64,000 nucleotides of DNA from Acidimicrobiia bacterium (GTDB taxonomy: Bacteria; Actinomycetota; Acidimicrobiia; Acidimicrobiales; VFJN01): assembly GCA_046537875.1 (NCBI GenBank), contig JBKHJZ010000001.1, positions 16,253-80,252 of the forward strand, given 5' to 3'. A program made the position numbers and the translations under genes. This document shows positions 19,182 through 28,416 of this stretch, in pieces. Each line of letters opens with the position of its first letter. Within the stretch, counting starts at the first letter, position 1. Under the pieces are notes generated by a model, which saw only the letters and a program-made list of their open reading frames with translations, was not told where the DNA came from and made no database searches.

Positions 19182-20720
19182 ATGCGAAGAATGCTTCCGA
19201 TGTCGGCGTCGCACCCGCTGCTGCACCACGGCCTGGCGCGGGCGGCGGCGCGCCGGGGTGACCACGTCGCCCTCCGCGCGGGCGACCGTGCCTGGTCCTT
19301 CGCCGAGCTGGACCGGTGCGCCCGTGGCTTCGCCAGGGTGCTCGCCGGGCGGGGCATCGGCCCGGGGCGGCGCGTGGCGGTGATGATGTCGAACCGGCCT
19401 GAGCTCGTCGTGGCGGTGCACGCCGTGAGCCGGGTCGGCGCAGCCGCCGTCCTGCTGAGCCCGGCGTGGAAGGAACGGGAGGTCGGGCACGCCCTCGACC
19501 TCACCGAGCCCGTCCACGCGGTCGCCGACGGCGACGCCACCTCGATGCTCGCGACGCGGCTCGGCCACGACGGCGTCACCGACGTCGACTCGCCGCCGTT
19601 GCTCGAGCGGGCGGCGTCGACCGCCGACGAGCCCGAGCCACCGGTCGACGACACGGCCGAGGCGGTGCTCGTCTTCAGCTCCGGCACCACCGGCATGCCG
19701 AAGGCCGTGCGCCACACCCACCGCTCGCTCGGCCACGCCACCGACCACTGGGTGGCGTCGCTCGGCCTCGGCCCCGACGACCGCTTCCAGGTGGCGACGC
19801 CGCCGTCCCACATCCTCGGGCTGCTCAACCTCCTCGCCGCGGCGTCGGCCGGCGCCACCGTCCGGCTGCACGCCCGGTTCGACCTCGACGAGGTGCTGCG
19901 CTGCATCGGTTCCGACCGGCTCACCCTCGAGATGGCGGTGGCGCCCATCGCCCTGGCGATGGCGAACCACCCCGACCTCGAGCGCCACGACCTCTCGTCG
20001 CTGCGGTACATCATGTGGGGGGCCACCCCGGTCACGCCGCAGGTCGCCGAGCGCGTCACCGAGCGGACCGGCGTGCGCTGGCTGCCGGCCTACGGCGCGA
20101 GCGAGCTGCCCGTCATCGCCTGCAACCCCGTCGACCGGCCCGGCGACTGGCGGCTGGACTCCGCCGGCCTCCCCCCGGCCGGCGTCGAGCTGCGCGTGGT
20201 CGACCTCGACACCGGCGCCGCGCTCGCGCCGGGCGAGGTCGGCGAGATCCAGGTGCGCAGCGCCTCGGCCATGGCCGGCTACCTGCCCGACGACGCCACC
20301 GCCGCCGCCTTCGACGACGGCTGGTTCCGGACCGGCGACGTCGGCTGGCTCGAGCCGGCGGGCTGGGTGCACCTCACCGACCGGTCGAAGGAGATGATCA
20401 AGGTCAAGGGCTTCCAGGTCGCCCCCGCCGAGATCGAGTCCGTGCTGCACGGTCACCCGGCCGTGCTCGACTGCGCCGTGTTCGGCGTCCCCGACGACGC
20501 GGCGGGCGAGGTGCCGGTCGCCGCGGTGCGGCTCGATCCCGGGCGGCCGGTGGCGGACGGTGAGCTCGCGCAGCTGGTCGCCGACTCCCTGGCCACCTAC
20601 AAGCGCCTGTCTCGCGTGATCGTCGTCGACCGCATCCCGCGGCTGCCGTCCGGCAAGGTGCTGCGGCGGGAGCTGCGCGCGGCGTGGACGCCGCTCGCCG
20701 GGGTGGAGGGAGACCGCTGA
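19182..20720 (+). CDS. AMP-dependent acyl-CoA ligase (4-coumarate-CoA-ligase-like)
   Basis: FSSGTTGMPKAV, YGASE, FRTGDVG, IKVKGFQVAPAEIE and SGKVLRR motifs. Three in-frame ATGs (19182, 19191, 19200) leave the start uncertain. Confidence 0.8.
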   Translation: MRRMLPMSASHPLLHHGLARAAARRGDHVALRAGDRAWSFAELDRCARGFARVLAGRGIGPGRRVAVMMSNRPELVVAVHAVSRVGAAAVLLSPAWKEREVGHALDLTEPVHAVADGDATSMLATRLGHDGVTDVDSPPLLERAASTADEPEPPVDDTAEAVLVFSSGTTGMPKAVRHTHRSLGHATDHWVASLGLGPDDRFQVATPPSHILGLLNLLAAASAGATVRLHARFDLDEVLRCIGSDRLTLEMAVAPIALAMANHPDLERHDLSSLRYIMWGATPVTPQVAERVTERTGVRWLPAYGASELPVIACNPVDRPGDWRLDSAGLPPAGVELRVVDLDTGAALAPGEVGEIQVRSASAMAGYLPDDATAAAFDDGWFRTGDVGWLEPAGWVHLTDRSKEMIKVKGFQVAPAEIESVLHGHPAVLDCAVFGVPDDAAGEVPVAAVRLDPGRPVADGELAQLVADSLATYKRLSRVIVVDRIPRLPSGKVLRRELRAAWTPLAGVEGDR

Positions 20721-21733
20721 TGGACGTCCGCCACTCACCCGAGCAGGTCGCGCTGGGAGACTCGGTGCGGCGGGTCGTCGAGCGCCTGGGTCCCGCGTCG
20801 GTCGGCCAGCTCGACGACGGCGAGCGGGCGGCCAAGCTCGACGCCGCGGTCGGGGACGCTGGTTGGCGCGAGCTGCGGAACCCCGTGGACGCCACCGGCG
20901 CTCCGTGGGCGTCCGCCGTGGAGGTGGCGATCGTGGCCGAGGCGTTGGCCCGGGGTCGCGCCGACGCCGCCTTCCTCGGTCCCGTCCTCGCCGCCGATCT
21001 GCGCCGGCTCGCCGGTGTGCCCGATGCGCTCGGGCCCGAGACCGTGGCGCTCGCCGCCGGCCTGGCCGCCCTCGCGGTCGTCGGCGACGACGCCGTCGCC
21101 CTCGATGCGTTCGGCGAGGGATCGGCGCTGCTGCTCGTGCCGGCCCCGGATGGCTGGTCGCTCGGCGCGGTGCCCGTCGCGGGTCGGGGGGACGGCGTCG
21201 ACCTCACCCGGCCGACGGCGCCGGTGCCGGTCGGTGCCGCGCGGGGCGTGGAGGGGGCGGGCGTCCTGGGCCCGACCGAGCTCGACCGCTGGACGGCCCT
21301 GGCCCTCGCCGTGACGGCTGCGGACCTGGTCGGCACGATGGCCGGGGCCGTCGCGCTCGCCGTCGACCACGCCGCCCAGCGGCACCAGTTCAGCCGGGCC
21401 ATCGGCTCCTTCCAGGCGGTGCAGCACCTCCTCGCGGACGCCGTGGTCCACACCGAGGGATCACGCAGCGCGGCACTGCACGCAGCCTGGGCGGTCGACG
21501 CCCTCCCGCCGGCCGAGGCGCTCGCCGCCGCCGCGCGGGCGAAGGCCTACGCCGCCCGTGCCGCGCGGACCGTGTGCGAGACCGCCATCCAGGTGCACGG
21601 CGGGATCGGCAACACCTGGGACTGCCTGGCGCACGTGCACCTGCGCCGGGCGCTGCTCTCCACCGACATCCTCGGCGGCGTCGGACCCAACCTGGCCCGG
21701 GTGCTCGCTCACGCCGGCGTCGGGGGTGGGTGA
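20720..21733 (+). CDS. ACAD-fold protein, beta-type subunit of pair 2
   Basis: The ATG shares 1 nt with the upstream TGA (20718-20722). It keeps QFSRAIGSFQAVQHLLAD, but its C-terminus (STDILGGVGPNLARVLA) lacks the GGTxxIQRN motif. Confidence 0.7.
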   Translation: MDVRHSPEQVALGDSVRRVVERLGPASVGQLDDGERAAKLDAAVGDAGWRELRNPVDATGAPWASAVEVAIVAEALARGRADAAFLGPVLAADLRRLAGVPDALGPETVALAAGLAALAVVGDDAVALDAFGEGSALLLVPAPDGWSLGAVPVAGRGDGVDLTRPTAPVPVGAARGVEGAGVLGPTELDRWTALALAVTAADLVGTMAGAVALAVDHAAQRHQFSRAIGSFQAVQHLLADAVVHTEGSRSAALHAAWAVDALPPAEALAAAARAKAYAARAARTVCETAIQVHGGIGNTWDCLAHVHLRRALLSTDILGGVGPNLARVLAHAGVGGG

Positions 21734-22863
21734 TGGACTTCGCGGACTCCCCCGAGGAGGCCGCCTTCCGCTCGCGCCTGCGCCGGTGGCTCGCCGGGCA
21801 CACCCCGAAGCTCGGCGCCTCGTCGACCAGCGACGAGTACTGGGAGGCCCAGCCCCGCTGGCACCGGTCGCTCTACCGGGCCGGCTGGTTCGGGCTGTCG
21901 TGGCCGGAGGAGTACGGGGGCCACGGCCTGCCGAGCGTCTACGACGTCATCCTCGACGACGAGCTGGCCAACGCCGGCGCACCGCCGCGGCCCAGCCTCG
22001 GCTACCTCGTGCAGGGCATCCTCCACCACGGGTCCGACGAGGTGAAGCGGCGGTTCCTGCCGGGGCTGATCAGCGGAGACGACCGGTGGTGCCAGGGCTT
22101 CAGCGAGCCCGACGCCGGCTCCGACCTCGCGTCCCTGCGCACGCGTGCCGAGCCCGACGGAGACGACTACGTCGTCACCGGCCACAAGGTCTGGACCAGC
22201 TACTCCGACCTCGCCGACTGGTGCCTCCTGCTGGCCCGCACCGACCCCGACGTGCCGAAGCACAAGGGCCTCTCCGCGTTCGCCATCCGCATGGACCAGG
22301 CGGGCGTCGAGCAACGGCCGCTGACGATGATCAACGGCGTCACCCGGGAGTTCGGCGAGGTGATCTTCGACGGCGCCCGGGTCCCGGCCGGGAACATGAT
22401 CGGCGCGCCCGGCGAGGGCTGGCCGCTGGCCATGACCATCGTCAGCCACGAGCGCGAACCGCACGAGCTCGGCTTCGCCAGCCGCTACCGCAAGACCGTC
22501 GGCGAGCTCACGACCCTCGTGCGCCGGCACCCGGAGCGCTACGGGGACGAGGAGCGACGCGAGCTCGCCTGGGCGATCGTCGAGGCCGACATGCTCCAGC
22601 GCCACGTCAGCCGGCGCCTGTCCGACCGCCTCGGGGGTGTGGCGCACGGCCCCGAGGGGTCGATCGACAAGCTGCTGATGACGTGGGTCGAGCAGGCGGT
22701 GGGCCACGCCGCGCTGGCCGTCGGCGGGTGCGCGCACGAGGGCGGGGACGACGCCCACCTGCGCACCTACCTCTACAGCCGGGCCCAGAGCGTGATGGGC
22801 GGCACCTCGCAGATCCAGCGGAACCTCGTGGCCCGGCGCATCCTCCGGTTGCCGGACGCGTGA
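21733..22863 (+). CDS. Acyl-CoA dehydrogenase, alpha-type subunit of pair 2
   Basis: The ATG shares 1 nt with the upstream TGA (21731-21735). WCQGFSEPDAGSDLAS motif, and a C-terminal MGGTSQIQRNLVARRIL with Gln at the MCAD-type Glu position. Confidence 0.85.
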   Translation: MDFADSPEEAAFRSRLRRWLAGHTPKLGASSTSDEYWEAQPRWHRSLYRAGWFGLSWPEEYGGHGLPSVYDVILDDELANAGAPPRPSLGYLVQGILHHGSDEVKRRFLPGLISGDDRWCQGFSEPDAGSDLASLRTRAEPDGDDYVVTGHKVWTSYSDLADWCLLLARTDPDVPKHKGLSAFAIRMDQAGVEQRPLTMINGVTREFGEVIFDGARVPAGNMIGAPGEGWPLAMTIVSHEREPHELGFASRYRKTVGELTTLVRRHPERYGDEERRELAWAIVEADMLQRHVSRRLSDRLGGVAHGPEGSIDKLLMTWVEQAVGHAALAVGGCAHEGGDDAHLRTYLYSRAQSVMGGTSQIQRNLVARRILRLPDA

Positions 22864-23016
22864 TGCCCGGCGACATCCGCGTCCTCTGCCGCCCGGTGGT
22901 GTCGGCCCGGTGCGCCCACGAAGTGGGCCGTGACGTCGTCCACGTCGACCAGACTCTGACAGCGGCGCCCGGGCCGACCGGCGCGCCGGGGCCGACACGA
23001 GAGGGGAGGGGGTCCG

Positions 23017-24318
23017 GTGTCGTGGGACTTCGAGACCGATCCTGAGTACCAGGCCAGGCTGGACTGGGCCGACCGGTTCGTGCGCGAGGAGGTCGAGCCG
23101 CTCGACCACCTCTTCCCGCACCAGCAGTTCGTCCCCCTCGACGGCGCCCGCCGCACGATCGTCGACCCGCTCAAGGACGAGGTCCGCCGCCAGGGCCTCT
23201 GGGCCACCCACCTCGGCCCCGAACTGGGAGGCCAGGGGTTCGGCCAGCTCAAGCTGGCGCTGCTGAACGAGATCCTCGGCCGGTCGTCGTGGGCGCCGGT
23301 CGTCTTCGGGACCCAGGCGCCCGACACCGGCAACGCCGAGATCCTCGCCCACTACGGCACCCCGGAGCAGAAGGACCGCTACCTGCAGCCGCTGCTCGAC
23401 GGCGAGTGCTTCTCGACCTTCTCGATGACCGAGCCCCACGCCGGCGCCGACCCGACCATGTTCCGGACCCGGGCGGTGAGGGACGGCGACGAGTGGGTCA
23501 TCAACGGCGACAAGTACTTCTCGTCGAACGCGCGCACCGCCTCGTTCCTCATCGTCATGGCGGTCACCGACCCCGACGTCAGCCCGTACACGGGCATGTC
23601 GATGTTCCTGGTCCCCACCGACACGCCGGGCATCGAGATCGAGCGCAACGTCGGGCTGTTCGGCGAGCCGATCGGCGAGGGCTCGCACGCGCTCATCCAC
23701 TACCGCGACGTCCGCGTGCCCGACTCGGCGATGCTCGGCGGGGAGGGGCAGGCGTTCGCCGTCGCCCAGACCCGCCTGGGCGGCGGGCGCATCCACCACG
23801 CCATGCGCACCGTCGGCCTCGCCCGCCAGGCGCTCGACATGATGTGCGAGCGGGCCCTCAGCCGCGAGACCCAGGGCAGCCTGCTCGCCGACAAGCAGTT
23901 CGTGCAGGGCTACATCGCCGACTCGTGGGCCCAGCTCGAGCAGTTCCGCCTGCTCGTGCTGCGCACGGCGTGGCGCATCGACACGTTCAACGACTACCGG
24001 AAGGTCCGCAAGGACATCGCCGCCGTGAAGGTCGTCATGCCCACGGTGCTGCACGACATCGCCTGGCGGGCGATGCAGGTGCACGGGGCGCTCGGCACCA
24101 CGAACGAGATGCCGTTCTTCGGCATGATCCTCGGCGCCGGGGTCATGGGCCTGGCCGACGGGCCCACCGAGGTCCACAAGGTCACGGTTGCCCGCCAGGT
24201 GCTGCGGGACCACCGGCCGGCCGAGGGCATGTGGCCCACCGGGTGGATCCCGGGGAAGATCGAGGCCGCCCGGGAGAAGTACGCCGCGCTGCTCGAGCTC
24301 GAGGAGGGGAACCTGTGA
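23017..24318 (+). CDS. Acyl-CoA dehydrogenase of the ACAD10/ACAD11/FadE2 type
   Basis: 433 aa. SMTEPHAGADPT, and a C-terminal LADGPTEVHKVTVARQVL (the DGPxEVH variant typical of the ACAD10/11 clade). Confidence 0.85.
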   Translation: MSWDFETDPEYQARLDWADRFVREEVEPLDHLFPHQQFVPLDGARRTIVDPLKDEVRRQGLWATHLGPELGGQGFGQLKLALLNEILGRSSWAPVVFGTQAPDTGNAEILAHYGTPEQKDRYLQPLLDGECFSTFSMTEPHAGADPTMFRTRAVRDGDEWVINGDKYFSSNARTASFLIVMAVTDPDVSPYTGMSMFLVPTDTPGIEIERNVGLFGEPIGEGSHALIHYRDVRVPDSAMLGGEGQAFAVAQTRLGGGRIHHAMRTVGLARQALDMMCERALSRETQGSLLADKQFVQGYIADSWAQLEQFRLLVLRTAWRIDTFNDYRKVRKDIAAVKVVMPTVLHDIAWRAMQVHGALGTTNEMPFFGMILGAGVMGLADGPTEVHKVTVARQVLRDHRPAEGMWPTGWIPGKIEAAREKYAALLELEEGNL

Positions 24319-25415
24319 CCGCGCCCGCCGCCGGATCCGACGCCGGACCCACCACCGGCGTGCCCGCCCTCGACGCCGGCCGGACCGGGCGCCTCGCCGC
24401 GTGGATGGACGCCGCTGGCCTGCCCGGCACGGGTGCGCCGCTCGAGTCGCGTTTCATCTCCGGGGGGAGCCAGAACGAGATCTACGAGCTGCGCCGGGGC
24501 GACCTGCGCTGCGCGATGCGCATCCCGCCGGCCACCGCGCCGGCCCCGCGCGACGACGGCATCGTGCGCGAGTGGCGGATCATCGAGGCCCTCGGGGGCA
24601 CCGACGTCCCCCACACCCACGCCGTCGCGCTGTGCACCGACCGGTCGGTGCTCGGGCGCACCTTCTACCTGATGGGCTTCGTCGACGGGTGGTCGCCGAT
24701 GGACCTCGAGCCCGGCCCGGACGGGCGCCGCTGGCCCGAGCCGTTCCACAGCGACCCGGCCGCCCGGCGCGGCCTCGCCTTCGAGCTGGTCGAGGGCATC
24801 GCCCGCCTGGGCAACGTCGACTGGCGCGCCCGCGGGCTCGACGACCTCGGGCGCCCCGACGGCTTCCACGACCGCCAGGTCGACCGCTGGACCGCCTTCC
24901 TCGACCGCATCAAGGGCCGCGAGCTGCCCGGCTTCGACGAGGCCGCGGCCTGGCTGCGAACCCACCGCCCGCTCGACTACGTGCCCGGGATCATGCACGG
25001 CGACTACCAGTTCGCCAACGTCATGTTCGAGCACGGCGCACCCGCCCGCCTCGCTGCGATCGTCGACTGGGAGATGGGCACCGTCGGCGACCCGAAGCTC
25101 GACCTGGGCTGGGTGGTGCACTCGTGGCCGGAGGAGACCGACACCGGTGACGGCTCGGTCGGCGGCTACGTCGACATGACGCACATGCCGAGCCGGTCCG
25201 ACGTGCTGGCCCGCTACGCCGAGGTGTCGGGCCGGCAGGTCGACGACATCGACTACTACTGCGTGCTCGCCAAGTGGAAGCTGGCGGTGGTGCTCGAGCA
25301 GGGCTACCAGCGGGCCACCGACGACACGCCGGCGCTCCAGGCCTTCGGGCCGATCGTGCTCGACCTCATGCGGGAGGCCGCCGAGCTGGCCGAGACCACC
25401 ACCTACGGCTCGTGA
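24315..25415 (+). CDS. Phosphotransferase (aminoglycoside-phosphotransferase-like kinase fold)
   Basis: GTGA overlap with the upstream ACAD (24315-24318). Catalytic loop IMHGDYQFANVMF and IVDWEMGTVGDPKLDL motif. Confidence 0.85.
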   Translation: MTAPAAGSDAGPTTGVPALDAGRTGRLAAWMDAAGLPGTGAPLESRFISGGSQNEIYELRRGDLRCAMRIPPATAPAPRDDGIVREWRIIEALGGTDVPHTHAVALCTDRSVLGRTFYLMGFVDGWSPMDLEPGPDGRRWPEPFHSDPAARRGLAFELVEGIARLGNVDWRARGLDDLGRPDGFHDRQVDRWTAFLDRIKGRELPGFDEAAAWLRTHRPLDYVPGIMHGDYQFANVMFEHGAPARLAAIVDWEMGTVGDPKLDLGWVVHSWPEETDTGDGSVGGYVDMTHMPSRSDVLARYAEVSGRQVDDIDYYCVLAKWKLAVVLEQGYQRATDDTPALQAFGPIVLDLMREAAELAETTTYGS

Positions 25416-25540
25416 GCGGCGACTCCCTCCTCGTCGAGGAGCGCCGGGGCCGGATCGTGGCCGTGTCCGGGAGCCGGGACGCCGTCGAGGGCGCCACCGC
25501 CTACGTGGAGAAGCGCGACCCGGTGTGGCAGGCCCGCTGA
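25412..25540 (+). pseudogene. 42-codon mini-ORF resembling the fused N- and C-termini of an enoyl-CoA hydratase (internal-deletion relic)
   Basis: GTGA overlap with the kinase stop (25412-25415). Its stop lies 1 nt before the next start (25542). SLLVEERRGRIVAV resembles a crotonase first strand, and DAVEGATAYVEKRDPVWQ resembles the crotonase C-terminal EG..AF.EKR.P motif. Confidence 0.4.
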
Positions 25541-25541
25541 C

Positions 25542-26528
25542 GTGCGCGCCGCCGTCTGCCCCGAGCTCGGTCCGCCCGAGGTCGTGCGCATCGAGGACCT
25601 GCCGTCGCCCGAGGTCGGCGACGGGCAGGTGCGGGTCGGCGTCGAGGTCGCCGCCCTGAACTTCCCGGACGTGCTCCTCGTCGCCGGGACGTACCAGATC
25701 CCGGCGGACCCGCCCTTCGTGCCGGGCAGCGAGCTGGCCGGCACCGTCCTCGAGGTCGGGGCCGGCGTCGGCCACGTCGCGGTCGGTGACCCGGTCGTCG
25801 GCACGGGGCTGGTCGGCGCCTTCGCCGAGGAGGTCGTGCTGGCTGCCCATGCCGTGCAGCGCCGGCCGCCGGGCGTCGACGCCGACGTCGGCGCCGCGTC
25901 GGGCGTCACCTACCGGACGGCGTGCCACGTCCTGCGCTCGGTCGCCCGCCTGGCCCCCGGCGACCAGCTGGTGGTGCTCGGCGCGGGTGGCGGCGTCGGC
26001 TCCGCGGCCGTGCAGCTGGGGGCCCAGATGGGCGCCACGGTCACGGCCGTGGCCTCGTCGCCGGCGAAGCTCGACGTGGCGCGGCACCTCGGGGCGACGC
26101 ACCTGGTCGAGCACCGCACGGTCGACCTCCGCCGGGCGCTGCGCGACCTGTTGCCCGACGGTGCCGATGTCGTGGTCGATCCGGTGGGCGGGGCCCTGTC
26201 GGAGCCGGCGCTGCGCTCGCTGCGCTGGGGCGGCCGGTTCGTGACGGTCGGGTTCGCCTCCGGGGAGATCCCCCGCATCCCGCTGAACCTCGTGCTGCTC
26301 AAGGGCGTCCAGGTTCTCGGGTTCCAGTTCGTCGATTTCGCCACCCACGCGCCCGACGACCTCGCCCGCAACGAGGCGGAGCTGGCCGAGCTGCTCGCCT
26401 CCGGCGCGGTCCGTCCCCACATCGGGGCGACCTACCCGCTCGAGCGCACCGCCGAGGCGCTCCGCCTCGTGGCCGACGGGCAGGCGGTCGGCAAGGTCCT
26501 GATCCGGGTCGCGGAGGGGGAGCGATGA
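25542..26528 (+). CDS. Medium-chain dehydrogenase/reductase, NADPH:quinone-oxidoreductase-like
   Basis: 328 aa. PGSELAGTV and VLGAGGGVGSAAVQLG nucleotide-binding motifs, with no structural-zinc Cys cluster. Confidence 0.85.
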   Translation: MRAAVCPELGPPEVVRIEDLPSPEVGDGQVRVGVEVAALNFPDVLLVAGTYQIPADPPFVPGSELAGTVLEVGAGVGHVAVGDPVVGTGLVGAFAEEVVLAAHAVQRRPPGVDADVGAASGVTYRTACHVLRSVARLAPGDQLVVLGAGGGVGSAAVQLGAQMGATVTAVASSPAKLDVARHLGATHLVEHRTVDLRRALRDLLPDGADVVVDPVGGALSEPALRSLRWGGRFVTVGFASGEIPRIPLNLVLLKGVQVLGFQFVDFATHAPDDLARNEAELAELLASGAVRPHIGATYPLERTAEALRLVADGQAVGKVLIRVAEGER

Positions 26529-27295
26529 CCAGCCCGGCCGAGCGGTTCGACCTCACGGGGAAGGTGGCGGTCGTCACGGGCGGCAGCCGCGGCATCGGCC
26601 GGGCGGTGGCCGAGGGGCTGGCCGCCGCCGGGGCCGACGTCGTCGTCGCCAGCCGGAAGCTCGACGCATGCGAGCGGGCCGCCGCCGAGATCGCGGCGAC
26701 CACCGGTCGCCGCGCCGTCCCGGTCGCCTTCCACGCCGGGCGCTGGGAGGACTGCGACCGCCTCGCCGAGGCGGTGTACGCCGAGCTCGGGCGGTGCGAC
26801 GTGCTGGTGAACAACGCCGGGATGTCGCCGCCCTACGAGAGCCTCGCCGACGTGACGCCGGAGCTGTACGACAAGGTCCACGCCGTGAACGCCCGGGGCC
26901 CGTTCCGGCTCGGCGTGCTGCTCGGCGCGCGGATGGCCGAGGCCGACGGCGGCTCGATCATCAACGTCAGCACCGCCGGGTCGCTGCGGCCCGGCGTCGG
27001 CGAGCTGCCCTACGCCATGGCCAAGGCCGGGCTCAACGCCCTCACGCTCGGCCTGGCGGGTGCGTGGGCGCCGAAGGTGCGGGCCAACCTCGTGCTGCCC
27101 GGCGCCTTCGACACCGACATCACCGACGCCTGGGGCCCGGACGTGAAGCGCCGGGCCGGCGCCATGAACCCGATGGGCCGCATCGGGCAGCCGGGGGACA
27201 TGGTGGGCGTGTGCCTGTTCCTGGCCAGCGATGCGTCGGCCTACGTCAACGGCGCGCAGATCCTCGTCGACGGTGGCCTGTACCGGACGCTGTGA
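26525..27295 (+). CDS. SDR family oxidoreductase
   Basis: ATGA overlap (26525-28). TGGSRGIG, NNAG and YAMAKAG motifs. Confidence 0.85.
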   Translation: MTSPAERFDLTGKVAVVTGGSRGIGRAVAEGLAAAGADVVVASRKLDACERAAAEIAATTGRRAVPVAFHAGRWEDCDRLAEAVYAELGRCDVLVNNAGMSPPYESLADVTPELYDKVHAVNARGPFRLGVLLGARMAEADGGSIINVSTAGSLRPGVGELPYAMAKAGLNALTLGLAGAWAPKVRANLVLPGAFDTDITDAWGPDVKRRAGAMNPMGRIGQPGDMVGVCLFLASDASAYVNGAQILVDGGLYRTL

Positions 27296-27317
27296 CCGAC
27301 CGCGAACGGAGGGGGAC

Positions 27318-28361
27318 ATGAACGCACCGGCACCGATCCGGGTCGTCCAGTGGGCGACCGGCAACATCGGGACCCGCTCGCTCCGGGCGGTGATCGAGCA
27401 CCCGCGCCTCGAGCTGGTCGGCGTGTGGGTGCACAGCCCGGGCAAGGTCGGCCGGGACGCCGCCGAGCTGTGCGGGCTCGACGCGCCCACCGGCGTGCCG
27501 GCCGCCTCCGACATCGACGAGATCGTCGCCCTCGACGCCGATGTCGTCCTCTACATGCCCCAGGGCTGCGACGTCGACGCCGTCGCCAGGTTGCTCGCGT
27601 CGGGCAAGGACGTCGTCACCACCCGCGGGGAGTTCCACCGCCCGGACAGCCTCGATCCCGACGTGCGGGCGCGCATCGACGCCGCGTGCGAGGCCGGGGG
27701 CAGCTCGATCCACAGCACCGGCAGCAGCCCCGGCTTCATCACCGAGGCGGTGCCGATCGTGCTCACGTCGCTGTCGCGCCGGCTCGACCGGCTCACGATC
27801 GAGGAGTACGCCGACATGTCGAGGCGGCCGTCGCCGCAGCTGATGTTCGACGTCATGGGCTTCGGGAAGCCGCCGGCCGAGCTGAAGCCGGGGCGTGCCC
27901 AGCACCTCCTCCACGCGTTCGGGCCGTCGCTCCAGGCGACCACGGAGGCGCTCGGGCTGTCGCTCGACGGCTTCGACGCCACCGAGCAGGTCGCCACCGC
28001 GAACTCGGACGTCGACGTGGCCGCCGGCACCATCCGGGCGGGCACGGTGGGTGGCATGCGCACCGTGATCACCGGGCTGCGGGGCGGCGAGGAGCTCATC
28101 CGGTTCGTCGCCACGTGGTGGTGCACGGACGACCTGGATACCGACTGGGACGTGCTGCCGACTGGCTGGCGCGTCCGGGTCGCGGGCGACGTCCCGATGG
28201 ACGTCCGGCTCGTGTTCGACGTTCCCGTCGAGCGCATGGCCGAGCACTCGCCCGGCTTCACCGCGCACCGGGCCGTGAACGCCGTGCCGGTCGTGCATGC
28301 CGCTCCGCCCGGCATCCGCACGACCGCCGACCTGCCCCAGATCATCGCCCAGCTCGGCTGA
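27318..28361 (+). CDS. NAD(P)-binding oxidoreductase of the dihydrodipicolinate-reductase-N-domain-like family (paralog 1)
   Basis: ATG at 27318 follows GGAGGGGGA. N-terminal IRVVQWATGNIGTRSL Rossmann-like start, which is shared with the gene at 28754..29812. Confidence 0.7.
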   Translation: MNAPAPIRVVQWATGNIGTRSLRAVIEHPRLELVGVWVHSPGKVGRDAAELCGLDAPTGVPAASDIDEIVALDADVVLYMPQGCDVDAVARLLASGKDVVTTRGEFHRPDSLDPDVRARIDAACEAGGSSIHSTGSSPGFITEAVPIVLTSLSRRLDRLTIEEYADMSRRPSPQLMFDVMGFGKPPAELKPGRAQHLLHAFGPSLQATTEALGLSLDGFDATEQVATANSDVDVAAGTIRAGTVGGMRTVITGLRGGEELIRFVATWWCTDDLDTDWDVLPTGWRVRVAGDVPMDVRLVFDVPVERMAEHSPGFTAHRAVNAVPVVHAAPPGIRTTADLPQIIAQLG

Positions 28362-28363
28362 GA

Positions 28364-28388
28364 GGCCGAGCGGTCACGGGGCTCGGCC
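28364..28388. terminator. Hairpin downstream of convergent genes
   Basis: GGCCGAGC (28364-28371) pairs with GCTCGGCC (28381-28388) across a 9-nt loop. Confidence 0.4.
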
Positions 28389-28416
28389 CGGCCGGCAGCG
28401 ACCCGACGTCCGGCGG

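Noticed and set aside
20376-20385. A fifth occurrence of the operator core ACCGACCGGT.
   Set aside because: It lies inside the ligase coding sequence, where it simply encodes the conserved adenylate-forming motif (L)TDRSKE. The flanking TTGTAC/GTC bases of the promoter sites are absent.
22955-22962. TCTGACAG half-site in the 153-bp gap before the ACAD10-type gene. It matches the first 8 nt of the TGAC-N6-GTCA sites.
   Set aside because: There is no GTCA partner arm at the correct spacing. An 8-mer match alone is not significant.
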